A DNA stretch of 64,000 nucleotides from a virus. Below, one piece after another: positions 8,816 through 17,890 of the stretch. The notes under the pieces are model-generated. The model made no database searches and was not told the DNA's origin. It saw nothing but the letters and a program-made list of their open reading frames with translations. Made by a program: the position numbers and the translations under genes. Every line of letters begins with the position of its first letter. Position 1 is the stretch's first letter. Location: positions 1 through 64,000 of the IMG/VR virus record IMGVR_UViG_3300020202_000068. One strand, 5' to 3'.

Positions 8816-10354
8816 TTGTGCGGATTATTTGGCGGACTTGGTGCCAACATTAATGTCCATGCGGTGCGTCACCTCGCGGCTCTCAATGAGAGTCGGGGGC
8901 GTGACTCCGCTGGCTTCTTTGACCAGCATGGAGACTGGCTTAAGAAGGGTTATACCTCGATCACGGAGTGGCTCAAGGACGAAGGGCTGCGGGACAAGCT
9001 CCAGCGGATGTGCCTCACGGGGGCCGTCTGCGGGCATACCCGGGGCTCGACTCGTGGGAACCACAAGACCGAAAACGCCCATCCCTTCGCCTACGGCGAG
9101 GAGGGCAAGCAGGTAGTGCTCTCACACAACGGGGTGATCGACGCCCCGGCGAAGTACGACGTGGATTCGATGTACATGGCCGACTTGCTCGCTCAGGGCA
9201 AGCCTGGCCAGTACCAGGAGGCCTTGGGGGGTGTCTCGGGGTGGTACGTGCTGACCTGGCACGACGAGCGGACGGGTTGCATCTACTTCCTTAATTGGAC
9301 GGGCACTCTATGCTTCGCCCCGCTGGGGGACACGATCTACTACTCGTCCGCCAAGCAGCATCTCCAGCAGGTCCTGGCCCACCCTAAGATTCACGAGACG
9401 GTCTCGGGGGAGGTTTGGATGTGGACCGGCAAGAAGATGAAGCCGCTCAAGCACTTCACCGGGAAGGTGCGGACCTATACCCAGAGCAATAATTATGGCC
9501 AGCAATGGGACGACACCCGACCCTCTGGATCGGTTCTCAAGCTCCGCTCGACCGGCAAGTGGGTCGCCAACCTGCGTGGCGCTTACTTCGCGGAATTGAC
9601 CGACCAGGAGAAGTGGGAGGAGATGTACGGGAACGACCCCAACCCTTACACCTCCAATGGTAAGTGGCCCGGGTTTCAAGTGATCGAGGCGCATATCAAG
9701 AACGCGACCATCATTGACTTCGACGGCAAGCCCGTCTCCAAAAAGAAGCTGCGAAGAGGGATTCGCAGCTGGGTCGGTAACGACGACACCGAGCTGGAGG
9801 AGTCGGAGAAGCAGGGAGTGGTGGTCGTGGATAGTCCCGGCGTGGCCGATACCAAGGTTGTTACCACTGTCCAGAATGCCACCCCCGAGCAGAATGAGGC
9901 CCTCGATAAGTTCTTCTCAGACAACCAGATCGGCAAGGAGACGTGCGTGGCCTGTGAGGGAACGGGGCTGGCCACGCAAGGGAGTGAGTTACGCTGCCGG
10001 CCCTGTAACGGGACGGGCAAAATGATCGCTCACGCCCTCGTGAAGGCCGATGTCGCCAAGCGGGCGGCGGAGGCCGAAGCAGGGGACAACGTCGCCAAGG
10101 CCCTGGCCCTGCAAGAGGAGATCAATCGCAAACAGCGTGATCTTCGCTACCGGGACCGCTCCGATGCCTCGGCGGCTGCCAGAGCGGCCTTAAACGCCCA
10201 ATGGCAGAAGCTGAGGGCTAAGGGCATGGATGACGAGACGATCGGCAAGGAGCTGTGGAGGGCCGGATTCTACGAAGACATCTACGACCTGGACGAGAAA
10301 GACCTCCTCCCACTGCGGGGCTGGATGGAAAACGACGCCTTCGCCATGGACTAG
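8816..10354 (+). CDS. class II (Ntn) glutamine amidotransferase with C-terminal CxxCxGxG Zn finger
   Basis: MCGLFG, RGRDSAG, GHTR, NAHPF, HNGVI, DVDS motifs; TTG start after AAGGAG. Confidence 0.9.
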   Translation: MCGLFGGLGANINVHAVRHLAALNESRGRDSAGFFDQHGDWLKKGYTSITEWLKDEGLRDKLQRMCLTGAVCGHTRGSTRGNHKTENAHPFAYGEEGKQVVLSHNGVIDAPAKYDVDSMYMADLLAQGKPGQYQEALGGVSGWYVLTWHDERTGCIYFLNWTGTLCFAPLGDTIYYSSAKQHLQQVLAHPKIHETVSGEVWMWTGKKMKPLKHFTGKVRTYTQSNNYGQQWDDTRPSGSVLKLRSTGKWVANLRGAYFAELTDQEKWEEMYGNDPNPYTSNGKWPGFQVIEAHIKNATIIDFDGKPVSKKKLRRGIRSWVGNDDTELEESEKQGVVVVDSPGVADTKVVTTVQNATPEQNEALDKFFSDNQIGKETCVACEGTGLATQGSELRCRPCNGTGKMIAHALVKADVAKRAAEAEAGDNVAKALALQEEINRKQRDLRYRDRSDASAAARAALNAQWQKLRAKGMDDETIGKELWRAGFYEDIYDLDEKDLLPLRGWMENDAFAMD

Positions 10355-10485
10355 CACGGTGGACAACCACCCGGCCCTGGGAAACTGGGGCCGGAAACTT
10401 GTCAGATCGTGAAATGATGGCATTGACAGCCATCGTTCAGTTTTCTACATTGTCCGCGTCACACTTAATGAGGAGGTTCCTGAGG

Positions 10486-10950
10486 ATGCCCAGTGTTATG
10501 CAGATTCGCCGGATGGAGGAGTTCCGGGAATACTTTCGCCAGAAATGGGCGGGACGGGTCACGGATTGGGAGGTCGTCAAGCAGGATATGCTGGACAAGA
10601 ACCCTTGGCTCAATAAGGATCGCTGGCCCAATCTCCGCACGCAGCTGAAGAAGATCAACGATGAGTCAGTGGGTCGCCGGGAGTCGGCGGCACTCGTGCC
10701 GGCGGTGCCCGTCGCCCAGCACGAAGACAACGGCCAGGTGATGGAAATCCCCACACTAACACTCCCCCGCGAGCTGTCGGATGAGGCCCGGGAGTGCATC
10801 AACCGGCTCCTGGAGGAGAATCACCGACTCTCCACGGACATCAGCCTGAAGGAAATGGAGATGGGTGGGCAGAAGCAGCGGCTGGCTGGCCAAGAGGCCC
10901 GCGTGCGGCTGCTGAAGAAGATCGCATTCGAGGCCATTGATGCCCTGTAA
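10486..10950 (+). CDS. hypothetical coiled-coil protein
   Basis: SD AGGAGG upstream of ATG 10486. Confidence 0.65.
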   Translation: MPSVMQIRRMEEFREYFRQKWAGRVTDWEVVKQDMLDKNPWLNKDRWPNLRTQLKKINDESVGRRESAALVPAVPVAQHEDNGQVMEIPTLTLPRELSDEARECINRLLEENHRLSTDISLKEMEMGGQKQRLAGQEARVRLLKKIAFEAIDAL

Positions 10951-10966
10951 GGGAATTGGAAGGACC

Positions 10967-11060
10967 GTGCTAGTAGCTCAACGGTAGAGCGCCGCAGAAC
11001 AAGGACCGCGAAAGCGAGCACCGCCTACGGAGGTAGCTGGATCGTCACCAGCCTAGCACC
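10967..11060 (+). ncRNA. tRNA-like RNA with the anticodon loop replaced by a 29-nt insert
   Basis: acceptor GTGCTAG/CTAGCAC, D arm GCTC-AACGGTA-GAGC, T arm GCTGG-ATCGTCA-CCAGC; no 7-nt anticodon loop. Confidence 0.8.
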
Positions 11061-11062
11061 CT

Positions 11063-11233
11063 TGTCGGTGGAGAAAGGTCAACAAGTGCAACGAGGGTGG
11101 CGCTTAGGCCGTACCCAGCTGGGCACCCTCACCGAGCAGTGATCCGCGTGGAGCGACAAAATCCATTAGGTGTCGAAAAAGACACTGACCGAAGCGTCAA
11201 CCCCACCGGGTGAGCACACGCTGCCCACCGACA
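11063..11233 (+). ncRNA. multi-stem structured RNA of unknown class
   Basis: closing stem TGTCGGTGG/CCACCGACA plus at least four internal helices. Confidence 0.6.
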
Positions 11234-11241
11234 TAATACAC

Positions 11242-11310
11242 GGCAGGAGACGGGAACTGGATTATTTCACCCTTGGGTGGATGACCATGAAGAAGGGAAC
11301 GTCTCCTGCC
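11242..11310 (+). ncRNA. small structured RNA
   Basis: perfect 11-bp closing stem GGCAGGAGACG/CGTCTCCTGCC with an internal hairpin. Confidence 0.5.
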
Positions 11311-11322
11311 ACCTTATAAGGA

Positions 11323-11910
11323 GTGCTTATGATCGACACATTCAAGACTGCTGATGAATGGATGGAGGCAGTCAGGAAGGAAGGTCGCGAGGAGAAGGCG
11401 AAGCACCCGTTCCGCTACTTCATGCGGAGGACATGGCCACGGTTCTGGCGGTGCTATATCCACGAGCCCTGGTACTGGCTGAAGTGCCATGTTTGGCACC
11501 GCTATAACGTCCTGGTCATGCGGGATTTGCCGCCGACCTGGGTAGATCGAGACGTGGCGATCCTGCACGCCAACTTCCAGATACTGAAGGACTTTGTGGA
11601 GAAGGAGGATCGCGGTTCCGAGGAGTTCCCCGGTCACACCCAACGGTCCCGGGAGGACCTCATCAGCGACTACTGGATTTGTAAGGAACGGGAGTATTGG
11701 ACGGAAGAGCAGATCGCCGAGAGCAGGAAGTTCGCGGAACAGAGAGCGGACGACTGGATGGAAATCAAGGCTCTATACGACTGGTGGGAAGTGCGTCGTC
11801 GCGTTGGAGATGATGGCGACTGGGCTCCAGGAGCCGAGATGAATCAAGATCAAGAGGACACCGAGAAGCTCAAGCGGCTCATCGAGCTGCGTGGGTATCT
11901 CTGGAGTTAG
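11323..11910 (+). CDS. hypothetical phage protein
   Basis: SD TAAGGAG; Trp-rich, ends LKRLIELRGYLWS. Confidence 0.75.
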   Translation: MLMIDTFKTADEWMEAVRKEGREEKAKHPFRYFMRRTWPRFWRCYIHEPWYWLKCHVWHRYNVLVMRDLPPTWVDRDVAILHANFQILKDFVEKEDRGSEEFPGHTQRSREDLISDYWICKEREYWTEEQIAESRKFAEQRADDWMEIKALYDWWEVRRRVGDDGDWAPGAEMNQDQEDTEKLKRLIELRGYLWS

Positions 11911-11938
11911 TTTCGTTTGTTCTTTGGAGGAATATGTA

Positions 11939-12241
11939 ATGGCAGATGTGATTAAGTTGGACGAGGCTCGTCGCCCGGACATTAGCGATCGCCAAGTGGA
12001 GTTCTGCAAGGAACTCATCGGCATCGGGCTGACGAGGAACACGATCGTGGGCCTAGTGATCGGCAAGGACGTGGACAAGCTCAACCACGCCGAGATCAAT
12101 GTCGGCTACAAGCTGATCAACCAGTGCCGGGAGGAGTTGGGGTATGGGTTGATGGACGCTCGTCGCGCCCAATCCCCGTTCACCATCGCTGCGGTGCGGG
12201 CGGCGGCTCGCAACCAGAAGGTCAAAATCCGTATCGCCTAG
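11939..12241 (+). CDS. hypothetical protein
   Basis: SD GGAGG. Confidence 0.7.
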   Translation: MADVIKLDEARRPDISDRQVEFCKELIGIGLTRNTIVGLVIGKDVDKLNHAEINVGYKLINQCREELGYGLMDARRAQSPFTIAAVRAAARNQKVKIRIA

Positions 12242-12249
12242 GAGGCACC

Positions 12250-12489
12250 ATGACGGCGACTGAATGGCAAACCAAGCCCCTGGGTGAGGTCTTTACCGAG
12301 GGGCAACTGAAGCAGGCACGGGACATCTACAGGCTCTACGACAGGCCCAGCAAGCCCTGCGTGGACCATCTCCGGGAGGAGATTACCGGGCCTCTTATTA
12401 AGCAGATCGACGAGCGTACCGGCCAGGAAAACGGCCCGGCCTATTGGGCCTGGGTTCTGGCCTATGACCTGGGAAAGGATGAGGCATGA
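12250..12489 (+). CDS. hypothetical protein
   Basis: SD AGGAGG. Confidence 0.65.
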   Translation: MTATEWQTKPLGEVFTEGQLKQARDIYRLYDRPSKPCVDHLREEITGPLIKQIDERTGQENGPAYWAWVLAYDLGKDEA

Positions 12490-12707
12490 CCAGAGTCAGA
12501 GACAAGAAAGAACCCGTGGTGATGATAACGCTACGGGTCCCTGAGTGGCTGCACGATGCGATCGTGGATACCGCCCACGAGAACCGTGTCAGCATGAACG
12601 AGTATTGCCGGCAACTACTCGAACAAAATGTTGCCCCCGCCCCGAAAGGATTCACGAATGCTGCCGTCGCTAACCATCCTCTCTCAGCTCAAGTCCGCCG
12701 GGCGTGA
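12486..12707 (+). CDS. Arc/HicB-like ribbon-helix-helix DNA-binding protein
   Basis: ITLRVPEWLHDAIVDTAHENRVSMNEYCRQLL. Confidence 0.8.
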   Translation: MTRVRDKKEPVVMITLRVPEWLHDAIVDTAHENRVSMNEYCRQLLEQNVAPAPKGFTNAAVANHPLSAQVRRA

Positions 12708-12894
12708 GGCGGCCTATTACGGGGCGCTCCTTACGGACTGCCCGCACCAGACCGCTGACTTGAAGGCAGCATGGGAGAGGGGTTGGCACTTAGGGCGACA
12801 AGACCGGGCCGAGGATATACAGGACGGCCGGCACCCCGATCAACACACTGTCACAAAAAGGAAAAGGAACCATGCTGCATCCAGAGCCAGTTAG
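12658..12894 (+). CDS. Rmf/CrpP-like protein
   Basis: G..A...G.....CPH......AWERGW..G motif. Confidence 0.6.
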   Translation: MLPSLTILSQLKSAGREAAYYGALLTDCPHQTADLKAAWERGWHLGRQDRAEDIQDGRHPDQHTVTKRKRNHAASRAS

Positions 12895-13198
12895 CGGGGG
12901 CGCTGCCCTCGAAAACGTCATCGAGCGACTCATCGCCCGCAAGGCGGTTCATGCCAGAAAAGGCATCGTTATGGGCGAGGAGTGCTGGGTTGACATTTTT
13001 GATCACCTTCGCGAGGAGGTGAAGGAGCTGGAGGATGCGGTATGGGCTAATCACGCACTCCCAGGCAGTGCAGGGATTGGCGAAGAAATTGGTGACATAC
13101 TCGGGATCGTCGTCCACGCCGCACTCAAGGCCGGCTTCTCGGTGGGCGAGATCGTAAACATGGAAATCGAGAAGCTGAAGGAACGATTCCCTGAATGA
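12872..13198 (+). CDS. MazG-like nucleotide pyrophosphohydrolase
   Basis: LREEVKELEDA...EEIGDIL (EExxE/EExxD). Confidence 0.75.
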   Translation: MLHPEPVSGGAALENVIERLIARKAVHARKGIVMGEECWVDIFDHLREEVKELEDAVWANHALPGSAGIGEEIGDILGIVVHAALKAGFSVGEIVNMEIEKLKERFPE

Positions 13199-14256
13199 AC
13201 ATTACGACCAGCATTAAGACAGTTAAAGATTCCCTCCGCGAGTGGCAGGGCCAGCGTGGCCTGAATTACGCCGTGGAGGGCTCGTTTGAGAACGGTGGGG
13301 ACTGGGAAGCCTCCCACCAGACGCCAGAGAAGGCTCGCGAGACGATGGAGGTCATGAAGGGCCTGATCGGGATCGACCACGAGTTCGAAGTGGACGATAA
13401 GACCCGCCAGTACCAGGGCCGCACCCAATACCGGCTCAAGAACTGGCCGGGCAAGCCGCAGTACAGTGGAGGTGGGGGTGGTGGTCGCTCTGGTGGAGGC
13501 AGCTTCCAGACACAGTACCGCAACTCCGAGCAGGGCGCGAAGGAAGAGCGGGACTCAATTGCTCGTAGCGTGGCCCTTCAGCAGGCCGTCGTCTTTATCG
13601 GCAGCGACAGTAAAGAGCCTGGGGAGGTGCTTTCGGCTGCGGATCGCTTCTACGAGTGGCTGGTGAAGAATAATAAGCCCGTCTCTCAGGCCTTTCAGCA
13701 GGCCGCCAACACCGAGGCAACAACGCCCGTCACGGCCGGCACACAGAGCAAGATAGTCCAGAAGGCCAATACGCTCTTCAACGAACCCGACAAACCGGCT
13801 CCTCCGGCTGGTGGCTACAAGACGATGACGTGCCCTAAGTGCGGCAAGCCAGAAGCCGTCCGCAAGAGCAAGCTCGACGGAACACCTCCCTGGTACTGCT
13901 ACAGCAAGATCGGTGGCTGCGGGCATCAATGGGGCGATACCCAGCCACTCACCAGCGACGCGCCGGTCGAGCATAAGTCCCCCGCCGTCCTGGCATCAGA
14001 ACAGATCGCCCTCTCCGTGAAGAAGGGGGACATGACTCATCTCAAGAAGGTCATGGAGCGGATCGCGGAGCGGGTGATCGACGGGGGTATCAGCCAGGCG
14101 GAAGCCGACGAGCTGGACATCGAGACCCAGACAGCCAAAAAGGCCATCGAATCAGGCCAATCGTACAACGAGTGGTATCAGAAGATGCTCCAAGCCGTGC
14201 AGAATCGCGAAAGCGAAACCCATCCCGATATGCAGGAGCTTGAGAAGAGGTTCTAG
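13195..14256 (+). CDS. putative ssDNA-binding/recombination protein with Zn ribbon
   Basis: Gly-rich linker, SIARSVALQQAV segment, CPKCG...C......GC ribbon. Confidence 0.45.
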   Translation: MNITTSIKTVKDSLREWQGQRGLNYAVEGSFENGGDWEASHQTPEKARETMEVMKGLIGIDHEFEVDDKTRQYQGRTQYRLKNWPGKPQYSGGGGGGRSGGGSFQTQYRNSEQGAKEERDSIARSVALQQAVVFIGSDSKEPGEVLSAADRFYEWLVKNNKPVSQAFQQAANTEATTPVTAGTQSKIVQKANTLFNEPDKPAPPAGGYKTMTCPKCGKPEAVRKSKLDGTPPWYCYSKIGGCGHQWGDTQPLTSDAPVEHKSPAVLASEQIALSVKKGDMTHLKKVMERIAERVIDGGISQAEADELDIETQTAKKAIESGQSYNEWYQKMLQAVQNRESETHPDMQELEKRF

Positions 14257-14299
14257 GGGTTAGGAAGCCCGCTGTTTCGTTTACTTCTTTGGAGGATTT

Positions 14300-15313
14300 A
14301 TGACTGCTGTAGCTACCGCTCCGGCCACTGACCGCCAGCTGACGATCGAGATGCCGGATGAGCCGATTTACGACATCTCCAGCCTTGGAGAAGGAATTGC
14401 TCTTCGCAACCGCCGTACCGTTGAGTTCACGACCGAGTTCGCCGCAGACTTCCTGAGTCGCTATGCGGAGTTTTGGGTTAATGACGAGAAGGTGGATCGC
14501 AAGCTCTCCGACAATCATGTGATCTACCTGGGTCGCGAGATGCTCTCCAGTAACTTTCGCTGGGAGCAGGTTAATCTCGTGATCGCGGAGGTTGAAGGCA
14601 CGATCTATCGCCTCAACGGTCAGCACACCGCCTGGGCCCGGCTGTACGCCGACGACGAGGGCCTCGATAAGAAGACCCGCTGCCCGGTCCAGCTCCTGCG
14701 GTACAACTGCGAGACGATCCAGGACGCACGACGACTCTACGCCTCCCTGGATCGCGGCCGTCCTCGCGGCCAGAATACCGTCGTCCAGTCCCATCTCCTG
14801 GGGACCGAGGAGTTCGAAGGGTACAAATCCAGCCAGCTCAGCCTCCTCTCACAGGGCCTGGCGTTCTGGATGTGGGACAGTATGCACACCCGGGGCCTGC
14901 ATGGCGGGGACGATCGGGCCTACCTGCTCCTCAAGGACTACCACAAGCTGGCCCTGGCGGTCGGCAACATCATTAAGCAGTCCAAGGCCTCCGACTTTAA
15001 GCATATGAAGCGGGCTCCGGTCGTGGGAGCAATGTTCGAGACCTTCAGCAAGGCCCCGCAGATCGCTCACGACTTCTGGCTGTCCGTGCGGGATGGGGTG
15101 GGCATCGGTGACAAAGAGGACCCCCGCTGGACGCTCCGGGAATACCTAAAAAACACGATCCTCTCGAAGTCCAAGGTCCATGCCGACCTGAAGATCGTGA
15201 CTCAGGAAGAGACCTACCGGGCCTGCGTTCATATGTGGAACGCTCACCGCTCTGGGCGGCGGGTGAAGCACATCCGGGTCAACATGACGGAAGCCCGGCC
15301 CACGGCCCGTTAA
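14300..15313 (+). CDS. ParB/Srx-like (DGQHR-variant) domain protein
   Basis: RKLSDNHV...M....F...YRLNGQHT..A...LDRGRPR. Confidence 0.65.
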   Translation: MTAVATAPATDRQLTIEMPDEPIYDISSLGEGIALRNRRTVEFTTEFAADFLSRYAEFWVNDEKVDRKLSDNHVIYLGREMLSSNFRWEQVNLVIAEVEGTIYRLNGQHTAWARLYADDEGLDKKTRCPVQLLRYNCETIQDARRLYASLDRGRPRGQNTVVQSHLLGTEEFEGYKSSQLSLLSQGLAFWMWDSMHTRGLHGGDDRAYLLLKDYHKLALAVGNIIKQSKASDFKHMKRAPVVGAMFETFSKAPQIAHDFWLSVRDGVGIGDKEDPRWTLREYLKNTILSKSKVHADLKIVTQEETYRACVHMWNAHRSGRRVKHIRVNMTEARPTAR

Positions 15314-15325
15314 TTCAACCATTAG

Positions 15326-15958
15326 ATGGCAGCGAGGAAGACGACGCCTGTCATGGAGATCAATATGCCGGCACCGAAGATAGTTCAGAAGCTACACGAC
15401 AAACCGTCGTTCCCGACGACGTACAAAATCGCCTGCCGGGACCACGGCAAGCAGGTCTCTGCCATCATGGATCGGGTCGCAGCCAGCAAGTCCGAGACGA
15501 TTAAAGCAGCCGTCAACGACCCAGCGGGGATTAAATGGCAGTTCGTAATGGCGCGGGCGAAAGACCCGGATGACCTGGAGACCGCCGAGCAGATCAAGGA
15601 CTACTTCATCAAGAAGAGCAGGGTCTATCTCAAGGCCACGGTCGGTGCGCCAGGCTCCGGGGGACGTTCCCTGCAATACGAGCCACTGGACACCATTCCG
15701 GTCTCGATCATGGCCCTCTTCGAGCAGAAGGCCAGCCAACTGGCGAAGCGCCGCGACCAGGAGGATACTGACATCGACGCCGAAGAGGAGCAGGGGGCCC
15801 TGATGATCGGCTACCGGGGAGACGAGGACAGCCTGGTCTCGATCCTCGATCGCTGGTGGACCACCCACCCTCAAGCCGATAAGCGGCTCTACTACTACGT
15901 GCGTGAGGGAGTAAAGCAACTTATGGAGTCGGCTGGCGAAACCAGCCGGAGACGATGA
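15326..15958 (+). CDS. hypothetical protein
   Basis: long ORF in operon, GC3 bias. Confidence 0.65.
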   Translation: MAARKTTPVMEINMPAPKIVQKLHDKPSFPTTYKIACRDHGKQVSAIMDRVAASKSETIKAAVNDPAGIKWQFVMARAKDPDDLETAEQIKDYFIKKSRVYLKATVGAPGSGGRSLQYEPLDTIPVSIMALFEQKASQLAKRRDQEDTDIDAEEEQGALMIGYRGDEDSLVSILDRWWTTHPQADKRLYYYVREGVKQLMESAGETSRRR

Positions 15959-16740
15959 GCGATACAGCGAGGCCGGGGGAATTGCCGACAGAGGTAGACA
16001 ACAAACGCAATAGCATTATGTGGATACACTACCCGCCAGCCGAAGGGTGGGCGCTGGTCAATCGTGGAGTCACGGAGTTTAACCGTCACAAGATGGTGTC
16101 TATCAGCTTCTCGGCTGACGGTGGTAAATCGTGGTCTAGCTGTGGTTTCGCAAAAAGGAGTTGGGCTGAGTCACTGTTTGCCAGGATAGATTCGGCCCTC
16201 AAGGCCATCGCGCCCGCTGGAGAGCAGACCCCAGATCAGCGACGAGCCACGGCCGCCGCAAGCATCACGGATGAGCAGCTATCGTTAGTCGAAGTGTCCG
16301 AAGAACCCGCCGGCGAGCAAAGGCAGGGTGAGAAGGTGGCGTGGTCCGCCGAACGTATCCGCAAGGAGCTTGGTCAGTTGTTCGCCAATCGCTTCAACTG
16401 CTGGGCGAAGAAAGTCGATGACCCAGAGCCGGACGACGAGATCGGCAGTCACATGGCCATGTCGCAGGATCGCTTCGTTGAAGTGGTGGGGCCGCTCTTA
16501 AAGCAACTGGCCGACGATTACGGGATGCTGACTGCGGCTGCGACCCGGGCCAAAGAGGCGGCAGAGAAAGAGCGAGGTGCGATTGCCGGCGAGATATACC
16601 GGCTCAAGATCGCAGCCAAGCAACTAATGAAGGCGCTCGATCAAGACGAAGCGTCAGGACTGGCGGCCTTTAAAAATTCCGACCACACACTCGTTGGCGA
16701 CCTACTGGAGCTGAGAAGGGCGTTAAATGTCGGGCGGTAA
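15955..16740 (+). CDS. hypothetical protein
   Basis: ATGA overlap. Confidence 0.6.
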   Translation: MSDTARPGELPTEVDNKRNSIMWIHYPPAEGWALVNRGVTEFNRHKMVSISFSADGGKSWSSCGFAKRSWAESLFARIDSALKAIAPAGEQTPDQRRATAAASITDEQLSLVEVSEEPAGEQRQGEKVAWSAERIRKELGQLFANRFNCWAKKVDDPEPDDEIGSHMAMSQDRFVEVVGPLLKQLADDYGMLTAAATRAKEAAEKERGAIAGEIYRLKIAAKQLMKALDQDEASGLAAFKNSDHTLVGDLLELRRALNVGR

Positions 16741-16746
16741 TCCGCA

Positions 16747-16775
16747 TTGACAAATTGACGGCAGGATGCCATTTT
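16747..16775 (+). promoter_or_regulatory. sigma70-like promoter
   Basis: TTGACA-17-CATTTT with extended TG; ACTGTCAC at the predicted start site. Confidence 0.6.
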
Positions 16776-16827
16776 GTCCCGCACTGTCACAAAACTACGT
16801 CACGCACACCATCGGGAGGGATTTCGT

Positions 16828-17601
16828 ATGGGTCAGGAGTTGAAGGCCGCCGGTTTAGCTCAAGGCCGCATTACGCTCAAGACCGCCGCCGAGCACATCA
16901 ATCGGCTGCACCAGGAAGCCACGAACTTCTGCAAGGCCGGGCTGCTGAAGGCCATTGAGGCAGGGGAGGAGTTAGCCAGGACCAGGTCCGCCATTAAGCA
17001 CGGGGCGTTTGGAGCCTGGGTCGAGTCGGAGTGCGAGTTCACGCTCCGCACGGCCCAGCGCTACATGGACCTCGCCGAGAATAAGGACAAACTGTACGAG
17101 GACATTGGCCCCGGGCAGATGTCGATCACGACCTTAAATGAGGGGATTGCCAAGCTCACGCAGAAGCGCAAGGAGAAAAAGGATGCTCTTAAAGCCGCCA
17201 CTTTACCAGCAAGGGAACCTGCTGTTTCAGAGAATAAACCCACGGAGGGAGCCGTCGATGAGTGCATCAAGGGAGGAGCCCACAATTGGGAAGGTGACGT
17301 GGAGCTTCCCGGCGAGTTCTGTGCCAAATGCCACGAAGCGCGACCCGCTGTACGATCGGCCCCTGACGCGGATGATTCGGGATATTCTGCGGCTGAACGA
17401 TCCGACCCTGAAGAGGAAGCTGATTGTGGCCTGGCTGAGAGGGGATTGGCCGACGATCTCCTCAGCGAACTTGCCGCCCTACTCAAAGAGGCAGCGGACC
17501 TCGTTGACCAAGCGGCGAAAGCCCGCCCGTCGCCGCTCAAAGAAAGCGTCCTGACGAGCCTGACCGTGGCGTATGAAGATGTTCTTAAATGGAGGAAGTG
17601 A
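16828..17601 (+). CDS. DUF3102 domain protein
   Basis: INRLH...AIEAGEEL...KHGAFGAWVE..CEFTLRTAQRYM.LA. Confidence 0.85.
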   Translation: MGQELKAAGLAQGRITLKTAAEHINRLHQEATNFCKAGLLKAIEAGEELARTRSAIKHGAFGAWVESECEFTLRTAQRYMDLAENKDKLYEDIGPGQMSITTLNEGIAKLTQKRKEKKDALKAATLPAREPAVSENKPTEGAVDECIKGGAHNWEGDVELPGEFCAKCHEARPAVRSAPDADDSGYSAAERSDPEEEADCGLAERGLADDLLSELAALLKEAADLVDQAAKARPSPLKESVLTSLTVAYEDVLKWRK

Positions 17602-17876
17602 TGAGCGTTGAAACTGATGGTGATGTCCCCATTGAATCGCTCCTGGCTGAATTGTGGTCGGCCGCTCCTATGCCGATCTCGCTCACCATCGGTGAGTGGG
17701 GTTATGCGATGGCCGATATGGAGATGAGCATCAAGCGATCCAGGGCAGCTGGCGAGACGACGGTCGCCGACTGCCTGGAGGCCATTCTCCACAAGATGGA
17801 GGGCCAACTATTTCCGCAGTTTGGGCTGTCGTCGAGCGTCGAGGAGATTCGCCAGGCTACACGATTACAGGACTGA
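17601..17876 (+). CDS. hypothetical protein
   Basis: SD GGAGG, TGATG overlap. Confidence 0.6.
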   Translation: MSVETDGDVPIESLLAELWSAAPMPISLTIGEWGYAMADMEMSIKRSRAAGETTVADCLEAILHKMEGQLFPQFGLSSSVEEIRQATRLQD

Positions 17877-17890
17877 GAAGCTAAGAACGG

